Assembly: GCF_009834535.1 (NCBI RefSeq)
Contig: NC_045713.1
Coordinates: 29,078,001-29,142,000, forward strand
DNA from: Camelus ferus
Taxonomy: Eukaryota
DNA: 64,000 nt
Reading direction: 5' to 3'
Numbering within the stretch: the first letter of the stretch is position 1; each line of letters opens with the position of its first letter. The notes under the pieces were generated by a model. The model did no database searches. It saw only the letters and a list, made by a program, of their open reading frames with translations, and was not told where the DNA came from. The position numbers and the translations under genes are program-made. Shown here in pieces: positions 25,130 through 36,685 of this stretch.

Positions 25130-25600
25130 GCGCACTTGCCCATCATGCTGACACAAACAAAAAGGGCTGACAGTGATCATCAAGGGTAAGGGGTGTGGAA
25201 ATGGACCCTCCCCTACACTCAGCAAGAGGCCCGAGGGGTAAGGCTGCTTCCGTGGAGGGCAATTTGATAGACGTGGTTGTACATGTCGAGATACCTAACT
25301 CTACCCCAGTGATTTCACAGCGAGGACTCCCACTAGCGGAGCACGGCACTTGTGAACAGAGCTGCTCATGGGCATGGCTCTCCTGGGTTGTTGGGATAGT
25401 GAACCAAACGCCCATCACTGGGAGTGGCTGCAAGAGGGTGGCACTTTGGGCCTGTCCATTCAATGCAATAAAGTGCAGACAAGCTCCATCCATGGGTTCT
25501 GACACAGGAAAGCCCCACTTTTAACTGCAAAAACCAAGGTGTGGACTGAGATGTGCATGGCCCTATTTGTGTAAAAACTACAAGGATAGTCGTGCATTTG
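25130..25600 (+). mobile_element. Old L1ME fragment
   Basis: aagggtaaggggtgtggaaatggaccctccctacac...ggagggcaatttgatag; ttcaatgcaataaagtgc. Confidence 0.55.
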
Positions 25601-28068
25601 ACAAATATTATTTGTCACATGCCTACTAAGTGCCAGGCCCTGTGCCTGGGTGATGGTGATAAACAAGATGAAATCTGTGCCTCCGTATATGTGTGCCAGT
25701 GCAGAGAATAGGGTTTGGGAGGAGACACACCCAGACTGAGCTGGGAGGCAGTGCTGGGGCGGTTGGCGGGCTCAGGGAGGGGTGCAGGACGGCGGGAGAG
25801 GGTTGAAAGTGTACTTTCACTTTTCCCTCTACACACTGTATTGTCTGAGCTTTTTACACTGTAGAATGCGTTTCTGTATTACTGGGTGACCTTTAAACAG
25901 CAAAGAAAAAACATGAAATTACTGACTCAGTGGTAGGACCCCAATCTGACTGTTCTCAGGATGGGTGCTCACTCTGCGGGTGGGTGAGGGACAGAGACGG
26001 AGTTAAGTAGGAGCCCATTTTCCAACCAGGGCCAAGCCTGTGGTTCTACATCATTTCCAGGCCCTCTGGAAAGATCAGGTTTGCAGAGCACTGACGCCAG
26101 CAGCCCATCCATCTCCTCTGGAGAAGGTCTCGGCCATGGCTGGGTCACGAGCGCACGCTCGAGCCCAAGGCTGTGCATCAGAGGGCAAACCCCCAGAGAG
26201 CACTGAGCGTCCTCAGCCTGCCCAGCCAGGGCTCTCTCAGCAGCTCTCTCTGGACGTGACCCAGGTGTTCTCCTGGGCCCACCCTCCTCCCCATCAAGGC
26301 CCTACCCAAGCCCAGCTGGAAGTGGTACATGGAGAACAGCCCGTGAGCATCAGCAAAAAGTACTTGAACTGGATACATTCCTGCCCTTCTGGCCAAGGAC
26401 AGCTTGACTCTGCCAAGGCCGTGGAGAAGACACCCCGGGGCCTCGGGGGCCAGGCAGCCGGGGCTCCCAGGCTCGTTCTGCCAGGTCCTAGCTGTGCAAC
26501 CCTGGGCCGATCAGGTGACCTCTGGAAGCCTCAGTCCTCAAAGAGGTAAAATGAAGATGTTACCTCTTCAGAGGTGCAGGAAGATTCCACAAAAATCCTC
26601 CCCCAGACCTCACCTCAGTGCACCCACGTGAAAGGGGACCACTGAATCCAGGTGTGGCCTCCACCGACTGGGGAACTTGGTAACAAATGCAGCTTCCGCA
26701 CTAGTTTATCAGGATTTTAAGTATCTATCCCTGGTGATTGTGACACATGATTTGCATACATTCCCCGCTCCCCTGGAAGAAGTGCTGAGACAGGAAAAGA
26801 ACTTTCTTCCTTGGGGCCAAAAGAAACCAGGGACTGAATCCTACTATTACTCAAACCCAGTCTTCTAAACCAATGCTCCACCCAGCAAAACTGTCCACAT
26901 TTAGTATCTACAGGTGACTGTAAAAAAAAAAACAACAAGAAGTAGTTTAGGTGCATTTCATAAATTAAAAATAACAATGGGGAATATTAAGTATGGTTTT
27001 ACAAACTGCCTCGCCATCCCACCACTGCAGGATGAAAATCACGGCCAAGCCCGAGGGAGGGAGGGCTTTTTCCTGGATACCCTGGGAGCCAGTCCGGACT
27101 CTGCAGGCAGGGGGGCTCCTGGAGGTGACTAAAAGCACACTGTATGTGCAGACCCTGGGGGGATGTGAGATGGTTTTAGAAGGTACATGTGTGAATAGTT
27201 ACTTTTATTCTATTCCATGCTTTGTTTATCTTCATGTGTAGTGAGAAAACTATATACTTAGCTATGGATCCCAAGATTTCCCGTAAAAGTTAGGATTAGT
27301 TTAACCTACCCCACCTGGCCCTGAGAGGGAGTAATTATACACAGACTCAAAGAAAAAGATTAAACGATAATATAGCTGGTTCTTTGTCATGGCAAACATC
27401 TCCAAGGCGGTACTTGAGTATCTCCTGCGTGGGGAGCACTGGTACTCAGGCATGGGGAGGGGCTGTCTCTGCTGAGAGGAGGTGGACAGGAATTGAATGG
27501 AAGAGATGGGGTAGCACTGATTTAAAAGATAACTCCAGGCTCTAGAGAGGCAAGGACTAGGGCAGTGCCCAGGCACTCAGGCCATCACGCTGTCTCTTTG
27601 TAGCAGTGGTATAAGTGACTCGGCCCCTGCCACCACCTGAGCGCCAGCGCCAGCGCCACATGTCTTGCTAAGTCTTTAACCGGGAAATGAGTTATCTTTG
27701 CATTACAATCCCAGATATTTATTACTGCAAAGCACTGTGGAAACAACACGGATTCTCTTGCTGAATCCTTGTAATGTGCTCCCCCTACTCCGCCGGAAGC
27801 AGGGAATGGTTACTCTCCCCATATTATAGGTGAGATTAAGTAACCTGTCCAGGGCACAGAGATAGCAAGCGGGGACCTGAGCTGGGTGGGGAGGCGGGGC
27901 TGGCCCAGCCCATGCTCCTAACCACTACATCTATGGCCCAGGGCATGAGCTCAGGGACCCCCACCTAAGCCTTATCCTTGGCTTTGGTTCTTGTGTGTAC
28001 ACCCCAGAAACCAAAGCAGCCCAAGTTCTCCAGACTAAATCTCCAACAAAAACAAGCATGACATATAC

Positions 28069-28233
28069 AAGGTCCTACTGTTTAGCACGGGGAACTATAC
28101 CCAATCCTCATAATGGCCTATAATGAAAAAGAACATGAAAAGGAACACACAAATATATGTATAAGTGGATCACTATGCTGTACACCAGAGATTAACACAA
28201 CATTGTACATCAACTACACTTCGATTAAAAAAA
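28069..28233 (+). mobile_element. Short L1 3'-end fragment (artiodactyl type)
   Basis: acaaggtcctactgtttagcacggggaactatacccaatcc...gctgtacaccagagattaacacaacattgta followed by an A tail. Confidence 0.88.
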
Positions 28234-30719
28234 ACCCAAGCACAACAACAACGGCAATAATAGTAACAGTGCACTTTCAATAAATGGTGGCTCTGTGCTT
28301 TACACACGCTGTTTCACCCTCATGATATCCCCATTCAGCAGCCAGTATTTATTATTCTCCCTACATCACAGAGGAGGCACCTAAGGGCCTAAGAGGTGAG
28401 GTCACTTTCCACGGTACACAGCTACCACGTGGCAGAGCTGGGAATGGGACCCAGGCCAGCCAGGCCCCAAAGCTCATGTTCATACCCACTTCCAGCCTCT
28501 TCTGCTTCCCAGGCTTCAGCCTTGCCACCCGTGTTGTTATCTCCCTCAGTCCACACACCTGTGAACCCCTGCAAGGGCAGCCAACCAAGAGGTCAAGTTG
28601 TGCCCATGTTCTGCTGGCCTCCTTCTTCTCTGGTGGTGGTTCTGGGGGAAGCCAAGGGCAGTTCTGGACCCTCCTCTTGTGCCCAGTGGTCGGCCAGCAA
28701 CAGTGATGGTTTAGGGACATGACCATTTGCAAATTAACTCCACTCCCCCAAGGGGCCTGCCCCATCTCAGCCCAGCCCAGAATCTGCCTAACATCTTAAA
28801 ATCAGTCCTGGGCTTGATTCTTTAAGATTCTCCCTTCCCTTTCAGTTTCAGTCTTTGCTCCTCCCTTACTGTCTGTCCCTCAGATTTCTTCCTGGCTTAG
28901 TCGGGCACGGGCCTGGGTGCTCCTGATCCCCCAAACACCCAAATGCCTGTTGCTGAACTAAGAGGTTCCCAGGGACGAGGTGGAGGATGTGTATTCACCA
29001 GCAGTGCCCAGACACTCCCTGCACTAAGCGGTCAATCCCTCCCCCATTCTCCCACCCTCTGACAGTTGGGTGAGGCCACAGGGGCAGTGAGCAAAAAGCT
29101 CTCCCTTTTGGCTGAAGCATTTAAGAGCTGAGGCCTGGCCCTCCAGCTCTCTCTCTTTTCCCTGCCCTTCACCGTGAGGAGGTGGGTGTGTGCCAGGCGG
29201 TGAGCTGCAGGATGGCGGAGCCTCCATCAGCTGAGCTTTGGAGTGACCTGAGGGGCAGGGCACCCCGCTGACCCACATGGGACAAGGAGAGTGAGCAAGA
29301 ACTGAAGAATGTAGCACCCAACACCCAGGACCAGTGTCCCACGGACCCTGAGATGAAGCCACTGAAGAGTAAACCGTGAGGCTGATCTTGGGTCTGGCAA
29401 CCCAAGGCCACAGGAGGGTGGTGACAGCTGAGGGCTTGGAACACACAGGCACTTAATAGTTTTAAATGCGTTTTTTCGCCAAATCTTTGCAGCCTTATGT
29501 TACATTGTTGGGCCTCATAATCCTCATTTTACAGATGGGAAAACAGACCCTTGTAAAGATAAAGAGAGTAACTGAGGCCTCACGGCCAGTGACCGAGCTG
29601 GGACTTGGCCCGAGTCCCACTGCGATCTCCAGCCTGCTGCCTCCCAGCAGCCCCCTCCCTGGGGACTCAATCTGAGGCCAGCGTTCTCTCTCCTTGGCTA
29701 AAATCGCCACTTGTTTTTTATAAGCCACAGATGTGCCCTCTGACCATCCAATTAAGGCTCGCGGCATGAAAATGGGTCTGTCATGTCACGCTCTGACAGC
29801 CACACTGAAAGCCTGTTCCTGTGATCCTACCAGGGACAAGGACATGGGCTTCTCAGCCCCATCCGCGAATGAGTCCAGCGCCTGGCCCCAGTCGAGAACA
29901 GGTGTCGGAGCCTTTAGAACCCCCAGACGATGACAATGATGACGACAGATGACAGACTCCCAGGAAGAGGGGCTCTGGAGCTGGCTCCCTTCCCCGACCC
30001 CTGACAAAGGTACCCGTTCACTCGCTCTCAGCAGAAGAACTGCTGATTTACACGCAGGGCCAGGAGAGGCTTCCCCAAACCAGGGCCCATGACGGCGTGA
30101 GCTACTCCAGCCCATGTGCAGCCATCTGGCCACCAGCCCTTTCTGCCTCTGGAATGGATGGCACAGTATTAATTTTCCTCAAGGTAGTCACCATCTGTGC
30201 CGGGGCTGCTTCTCCCTAAGCAGCGTCTTCCAGAGACGCTGCACAAGGGCGCACATTTCAAGGGACAGGAAGGAGCACCAGGTAGAGCACAGTGTGATTT
30301 ACTACATGTTTGGATGGGCAGATTGACCTTTAGAGTTTCAGATTGCCTCCCTCCACGATGGAGATGACGCATACAGCTGGGTGAGCTCAGCAGACTAATG
30401 CAGGGCCGTCGAATCCATCTCATTCCAGCTTCCCAGTGAGAGAAGGGACCAACCCAAAGTGAAGATGAATGTCAGATGCTGTCAGAATCGTGAAGCCCAC
30501 GAGTATGCCCTGGGGGCCCTGGAATCACTGTCTGTTTTTTGAAAACAAAATAAATGTCCTCATTTCTGTGATGGATTCTAAGCCACTCTTTTGTTTCCAT
30601 TCATTCACATGCACCTTCACCAGGACTCATTACGCTGTCAGCCCCTGGATTCAAGTGTTAACAAAAGAGTCGGAGTTGCTGCTCCAAGCAGCTGGGTGCT
30701 CATGTGAATCAAATAGCCA

Positions 30720-30937
30720 GGTGGGAAGGGACAGATGGGATTTCAAAATTTGTAGATACCGACAGGCATATGCAGAATAGATAAACAAGATTATACTGTA
30801 TAGCACAGGGAAATATATACAAGATCTTGTGGTAGCTCACAGCGAAAACAAAATGTAACTGAAAAATTGTGCTCTACAATGAATTTTGACACAACATTGT
30901 AAAATGACTATAATTCAATAAAAAAAAAGTTAAAAAA
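30720..30937 (+). mobile_element. Short L1 3'-end fragment of a different, probably younger subfamily
   Basis: Perfect 13-bp TSD AATCAAATAGCCA (30707-30719 and 30938-30950); gatagataaacaagattatactgtatagcacagggaaatatatacaag; A-rich tail. Confidence 0.9.
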
Positions 30938-33266
30938 AATCAAATAGCCACATGAAAATAGAAAAGTTACACACAGCCAATGTCATGAAGAGAGAGATCT
31001 GGTGGCCAGAAAAGGTTTTGCTGGGGAGTGAGCTGTCTACAGAGATCTGAAGGACATCAGGGAGTTAGCCAAGCAAAGGGGACCATGGTGGCAGAGAGCA
31101 CCCCAGGCAGAGGACCTGGCCCGTGTAAGGGTCAGAAGCAGGGTCAGGGAACCAAAAGAGGGCGGTGTGGCCGGGACCCAGGGTGGGCGGTGCGGCTGGA
31201 GAGCAGGCTGAGGGTCTGACTGCGCAGGCCTGGCGGCCCTGGAGGGCTCAGGCCTTGACCTTGCTGGTGAACAGAGAGGAACAAGGGAGAGCTGAGCTTA
31301 GATGTGGCTGCTGACAGAGGCCAGGGGCCCATGTTCCCTGCAGCCCCCTCCCCAGCCAGGCCAAAAGCCCACCGCTGGTTTCCATCCTGGTAGGTTAACA
31401 CAGGCAAAGGCAGCTCAGGGCCATCCCGTCCCCTTCCCTGTACAAACTCCACTCCAGGTCCCCCTCAGACAGTCTTCCAGGCCCTCCCAGCTGGCAGAGC
31501 AGCTCGACAGGCAGGGGCGGCTGGTAGGAGAGGGTTCCCCAGGTCAGGAGAGAGGGCTGGGGCTCAGGGCTAGTGCCTTGTGTTTATTCTGGCCTCCAAG
31601 TTTCCACCTTCAACCAAAACCAACACTGGGGAAACGAGATGTGATTACATGTGCTGAGGAGGCCGAAAACAGTTGGGTGATGCTAGGATGGAACAGGAGG
31701 TGGTGGGGTTTGGTGCTTGAGAGAATGGGCACTGGAGGAGAACGGGCCTGGGGGTTGGGTGCTGGCTGAGCCCCTCCAGGCTGGGGGGCCCCCATGACAG
31801 ATCCTCAGACAGTGCCTGGAGTACACTGAGCTGCTGCTGAGGGGCAGCTCCCACTACACCCATCTGCTCAGCAGCTTTGGGTCTGCAGGACTTCTCAGAG
31901 CCTTTGGCCAAGCCCTCCAGGGGTCACGGCTATTGTAGGAGGCTGGGACCAGGAGGGTAAGTCTGGGGAATTGCTGGAGAGGAGCAGCAACCCTAGACCC
32001 CGACCGGGAGCTCCCACCTTCTCCCTGATGGGGCAGAGAAGACGTCAAACTGCAGCTGGTGCCCCACCTCCCACAATTATCAGAGGTAAATATAATTTCA
32101 CATCCTCACACAACCAAACAACAAACCCAGAATACAGATTCACCACATATGGAAGTTTTAAAACTTCATATACCGGATGGGAGGGACCTGCTACCCTGAA
32201 CCTGTCTGTGAGTTTGGCCTCAGAAAGAAAGCGTGTTTTTCTTTTCAAGAGAAGAGAGAAGGTTGTAGAGAGACTAGAGAGGCAGTGCCTAACTATCTCT
32301 GTTCCCAGTGCCAAGCCCACGCCCGGCCGGCACACAGTGGCGCCTCAGCCAACAGCTGCCCAACCAGCGCAGAGTTCCTTTGGCCGCCTGGACACACGAC
32401 TCATTCCCAACTCGCCCATAAACCCATCAGGATTTAAGCCTTGTCAAGACTTACTTTAAAATCCCGAAGTTTTCACCCAAACGAGTTCCTATCTTTGGTG
32501 TCACCCAGTATCATTTAGGGAGTTGGCTGGGGGCTGTTGCTTGTTTTCCAGAGAAATACTTTCTTCCTAGCAGGAAGAAGTAAAAGCCTGGACCTGGATC
32601 TAGGGGAGGCGCGGCCTGGGTGGGGAAGTGGCACCACCCACAGTCCCTGGCACCGAGGGGAGGGCAGCTGTAAATCAGTGCGTCTGGATTCTATAAAGCA
32701 AGTCACTGTGCTTTCCTGTTACGTACACATATGTGCACACAAGTACATACACATAAACACATGTGTGTGCACACACATAGTTTCTAAGGTTGTGGTAGAT
32801 TTTTTTCTTTTTAAATAACGGCCATCAAAATTGAGGGAAGTATTTGCAGAATTTTGCAGAATCTCAATTCTCACACATATATATACTAAAGGCCTGAATC
32901 AGGATGTTTTTCCATCATGGTCAACAATGTTCTCATTTCTTGAGAGGAAAAAAAAAAAAAAGCAACAACCAAAACCCAAGAACACATTTATTTTATTTCA
33001 TTTTTTTACATCTAGCCACTTTAGTCAAGGACTAACGTTCTGCCACAGACCATGTAATGATTGAAACCCTCTAATCCTTTCCTGGAGAAAGGTCCCTCTC
33101 AAAACCAAATGGGGGCTTTGGATTAAAATTCCTCCTGGCCAAAATCGGCTGGAGAGAAACCCCATTCAATCGGCTGGAGAGAACACCACAGTCCTAGACT
33201 AACAGGGTGTGAGAAGAAACCATGAGGGCCCCTGTGGTTTGATGACCCAAGGGAAGGGAATGGGGC

Positions 33267-33268
<2 letters not shown>

Positions 33269-33304
<36 letters not shown>

Positions 33305-33314
33305 AGTGTGTGTG
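33269..33314. repeat. (TG)n microsatellite, 16 perfect units plus a degenerate tail
   Basis: Read directly from the sequence. Confidence 0.97.
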
Positions 33315-33831
33315 AGGTTGTCCAGGACTATGGGGTCAGGTAGCCATGGAGGGTGACATTTGAGCCTTTTAGGTCAAAAAGGAGAGCTGCGGGGAGAAGG
33401 GAGCCCAAGCTGCCAGCCATAGGAAGAGCCTCAGCAGCAGGAACCCAGGGGAAGGATGGAAAAGGCAGGCAAGAAAGGCAGGAAGTGGCCGGGTGCTGGA
33501 ACTGGGGGAGGCAGTCGGGGGACCGTCAGCGGGCAGAGACCAGGGACTCCCTGAGGATGGTGGCAGGAAGCAGGGGGGCACAGAGAGAAGGGTCTTAACC
33601 TATACCATCAAAGTGGGGCCCAGAGGGATAGGCCTCAGCCTTGTCTGGGGCTGAAGGGTCAGTAGGTTCTGCCAAGGACATGGTGGGAGACCACCACGGT
33701 CACATAGCCCAGGCGCGCCTGAGGGGTAACTGTCCCTAGCTGGTGCGTCTGCCAGTGGTTCTCGGGGACTTCTTAACTGCAGTTGTCATTCAGGGCCTCC
33801 ACCCTGTCGCTGCCGGTTTCCACATCCCCCC

Positions 33832-34281
33832 CGTGGTAGGCAGAAAAGCAGCCTCCAAAGATGTCCATGGTTGAGTCCCTGGAAGCTGTGAAGGTTACTT
33901 ACAAAAGGGATGTCAAAGAGGTGACTAAATTAAGGATGGTGAGATGATCCTGAACTATCTGGGTGGGCTCTGTCTAATCACAAGGGGTCCTCAGAAGTGG
34001 AAGAGGGAGGCAGAAGAGGAGGTGGGAGTGATGCGAAATCAGAACGGTTCTGACCACCATTACTGGTCTGAAGATGGAGGAGGGGGCCAAAGAATGCAGG
34101 CAGCTAGAAGCTGGAAAAGACAAGGAAATGACTCTTCCCTGGAGCTTCCAGAAAGGAAAGCAGGCCAGTGATGTTAGCCCAGGGAGACTTCTGACTTACA
34201 GAACTGTAAGACGGTAAATGTGTGTTGTTTTGTCACCAAATTTGTAGAAATTTGTCATAGCAGCCATCAGAAACGAACACA
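33832..34281 (+). mobile_element. MLT1D-like ERVL-MaLR solo LTR
   Basis: Starts (t)gtggtaggcagaa, contains gaatgcaggcagctagaagctggaaaagacaaggaa, and ends aaatgtgtgttgtttt...gtcatagcagccatcagaaacgaacaca. Confidence 0.88.
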
Positions 34282-34339
34282 CCACCCGACGTTTTAGACG
34301 CAGTGTCTGACCAGGTCACCACACCACCGATACGTCTTC

Positions 34340-34690
34340 ACTTAGGATACCCCTGTCTGGAACATTCTTTACCTCGCTTGTCTGCTTGTTGAACACCCAC
34401 TCAGAATAATACTCAGCTCAACAGCTAGGGCTCTCAGAAGCAATTCCTGTCCCTGTTTACCCCCAGCCCCAGCCAAGGCCCAACCACTCTCTATTCTCCC
34501 CACTGCACCCTGCAGGTTCCATCAAAGCACCCATATCCATGTGGTGCTGTAACTCCTGTCAGGGCACCACCAGCTGCCTGGAGGGAGGGCTGTGTCTTAT
34601 TCTTCACATTTCTAGCACCCAGGCAGTGCCCGCCACTCCAAGAATGATGGGCGCGTTACTCGGTAAGTAAATGGATGGAGGGATCATAGC
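34340..34690 (+). mobile_element. L2 3'-end fragment
   Basis: ccctgtctggaacattctttacctc...ctgtgtcttattcttcacatttctagcacccaggcagtgcc...gtaagtaaatggatgg. Confidence 0.65.
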
Positions 34691-34694
34691 CCAG

Positions 34695-34945
34695 AGCCAA
34701 GCGTACAAGTTCTGCAGTTTGAATCTGGCATTTGTGTGCTGGCTCCCCCGCTTCCTGGCAGAGTGTGACCTCGGGCAGGTTATTTTACCTCTCTGTGCTT
34801 TGGCTTCCTCGTCAGTAAGACGGGGATAATAACAAGGTCTACCTGGCCAGGTTGTGAGGGTTAAATGGGTTAACTCACATAAAATACTTACAACAGTGCC
34901 TGGCCTGAGAAATGGGTCAATAGGTGGTATCTACAATCATCACTG
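34695..34945 (+). mobile_element. MIR SINE (near full length; representative of roughly 20 MIR fragments in the window)
   Basis: gtgtgacctcgggcaggttattttacctctctgtgctttggcttcctcgtcagtaagacggggataataac...gttgtgagggttaaatgggttaa...aacagtgcctggc. Confidence 0.85.
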
Positions 34946-36534
34946 TGGGATCCCGTAGAGGATGCTGAGCAGGAAGGGAAGAGCTGAAGCCAAGGGCCAG
35001 TGAGACCTCAGGGAATGGCAACAAGGCTGCATAAATCTAGTCTAGAACCTTCACTAGACACTGCCTGGGACTCAGGTTTCCACCTCAGGCTTCCTCTGTA
35101 TGAGCCTGGTACCGGAGCTCATTGTGGTGAAGGCAGCAAAGGGCAGGGCAGGGGGCCCAGCATGGAATGAAGAAAGTTGTAGATTTTCATCAATTTTTCT
35201 GCTTTGGAGAATGCAACCCGTCACTGGGAGGAAGGCGTGTTTTATGAGGCACCAGTTACAGGCTAAAGGTTAAATGGAGTTATTTAAATGACATGCATAT
35301 TTCCTGGCTTTGCACAGCTCTGGAAAACCCCGAATGCACTTAGAAAAATGTAAAGCATATTATAAAATTCAAAGGTCTGGGTTTGGGTGATGAAACAGAT
35401 GAATGCAAAAGATAATTTGGATGTGCCAAGTTGAAAACCAGGAAGCTGCACGGGGCTTTTCTGTATGAGGCTATGGCAGGAAGAGGAAAGGTCTACTCGA
35501 CCTTGAACCTGGTATAAAAAATGGTGGCCCTGAGCAGACTAAGGGAGGAAGGAAGGGAAGATGGGAATGGGAACCCTTAGCTCTCAATTAAAAGCAAAAC
35601 AGTTTAATCAGTGGGGAGACCTGGAAAGGCAAGCTCAGCCCACTGACTTCTGAGCCTTCTGGTCTGGCTGTCTGTTCCTGAGACATTTTTACGATGTTGC
35701 CTGAAGCTGGTTTGGGAGAATCAGAGAATCGGAGAGTTAGGAACGGTCTGGAGTTTCACTGCTGCAGAGATGGCCAGCTCTGGTCCAGCCCACATGCATT
35801 TCTGGAGGGGGAGGGGGGGAGGGGGAGCTCCAAGACCAGGCTGGGATGGTGGTCTAGGAAGCCCAGCCTGTCACTCAGCCCTTTCCTGTCTCCAGTAAGA
35901 TACCCTAGGATTGAGAGGAGAAGTGATCTGTCTTCAACTAAGGCAGAACCATACTGAAATGCAAAGTTAACTTACACAAGCTCAACTGCATTCAGGGAGT
36001 AGGGAGAGAAATGTAAGTTTAGATGGTAGGGCTGCTCTGGTTTCACCCACGGAAGGAGCACAGCCTGAGGGACAGGTGGAACTCTGTGCTGTCCTCCACC
36101 GTCAGGCCCTCCTGCCTCTGCCCACAGGGCCCCTCACAGTGCCCAGTGAGATGCGCCCAGGTAAACACATGCGCTCTCATATACGGAGGCCAACCTCCTC
36201 TTCCTCCGCTGCTCAAGGACAGGTCAGTTTCAGCCTTGGGCTGTGTTTGGCTCATTAGAAGATGTCATTCTCCTACACGTCACCTTCCCAAAGGACATGT
36301 AAGGGTGATTTGGACGGCACAAGGTTTCCACTTCAGAGCCTAGAGAGAGATGTGGCTGCTGCATCACGCCACAATGCCAGCCTCCCTGGTGACATTCAGT
36401 TAATTAGGAGGTGAGCAAGGAGCGCTCCAAGAGGGAACTGGAATTCACGGACCGCAGCAAAGTGGAGACCAAGTGCTAAGTTTCAGAAACTTCCTCATTC
36501 TGCCTAACCCAATGGCTTGCAACACTGCTGCACG

Positions 36535-36685
36535 ATGGAATTCTCTAGGGAGCACTTACAAATAGAGAGGCCGGGGCCCATCCCCAGAACAAGTGAATCA
36601 GAACCTTTGGGAGTGGTGCCTGGGCACAGATAGTTTTTGAAACTCCTGAAGTGATTCTAAGGCACTTGGCGGGTTGAGGACCATC
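36535..36685. mobile_element. MER5A-like fragment
   Basis: ggggcccatccccagaacaagtgaatcagaacctttggg...ctcctgaagtgattctaagg...gttgaggacca. Confidence 0.6.
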
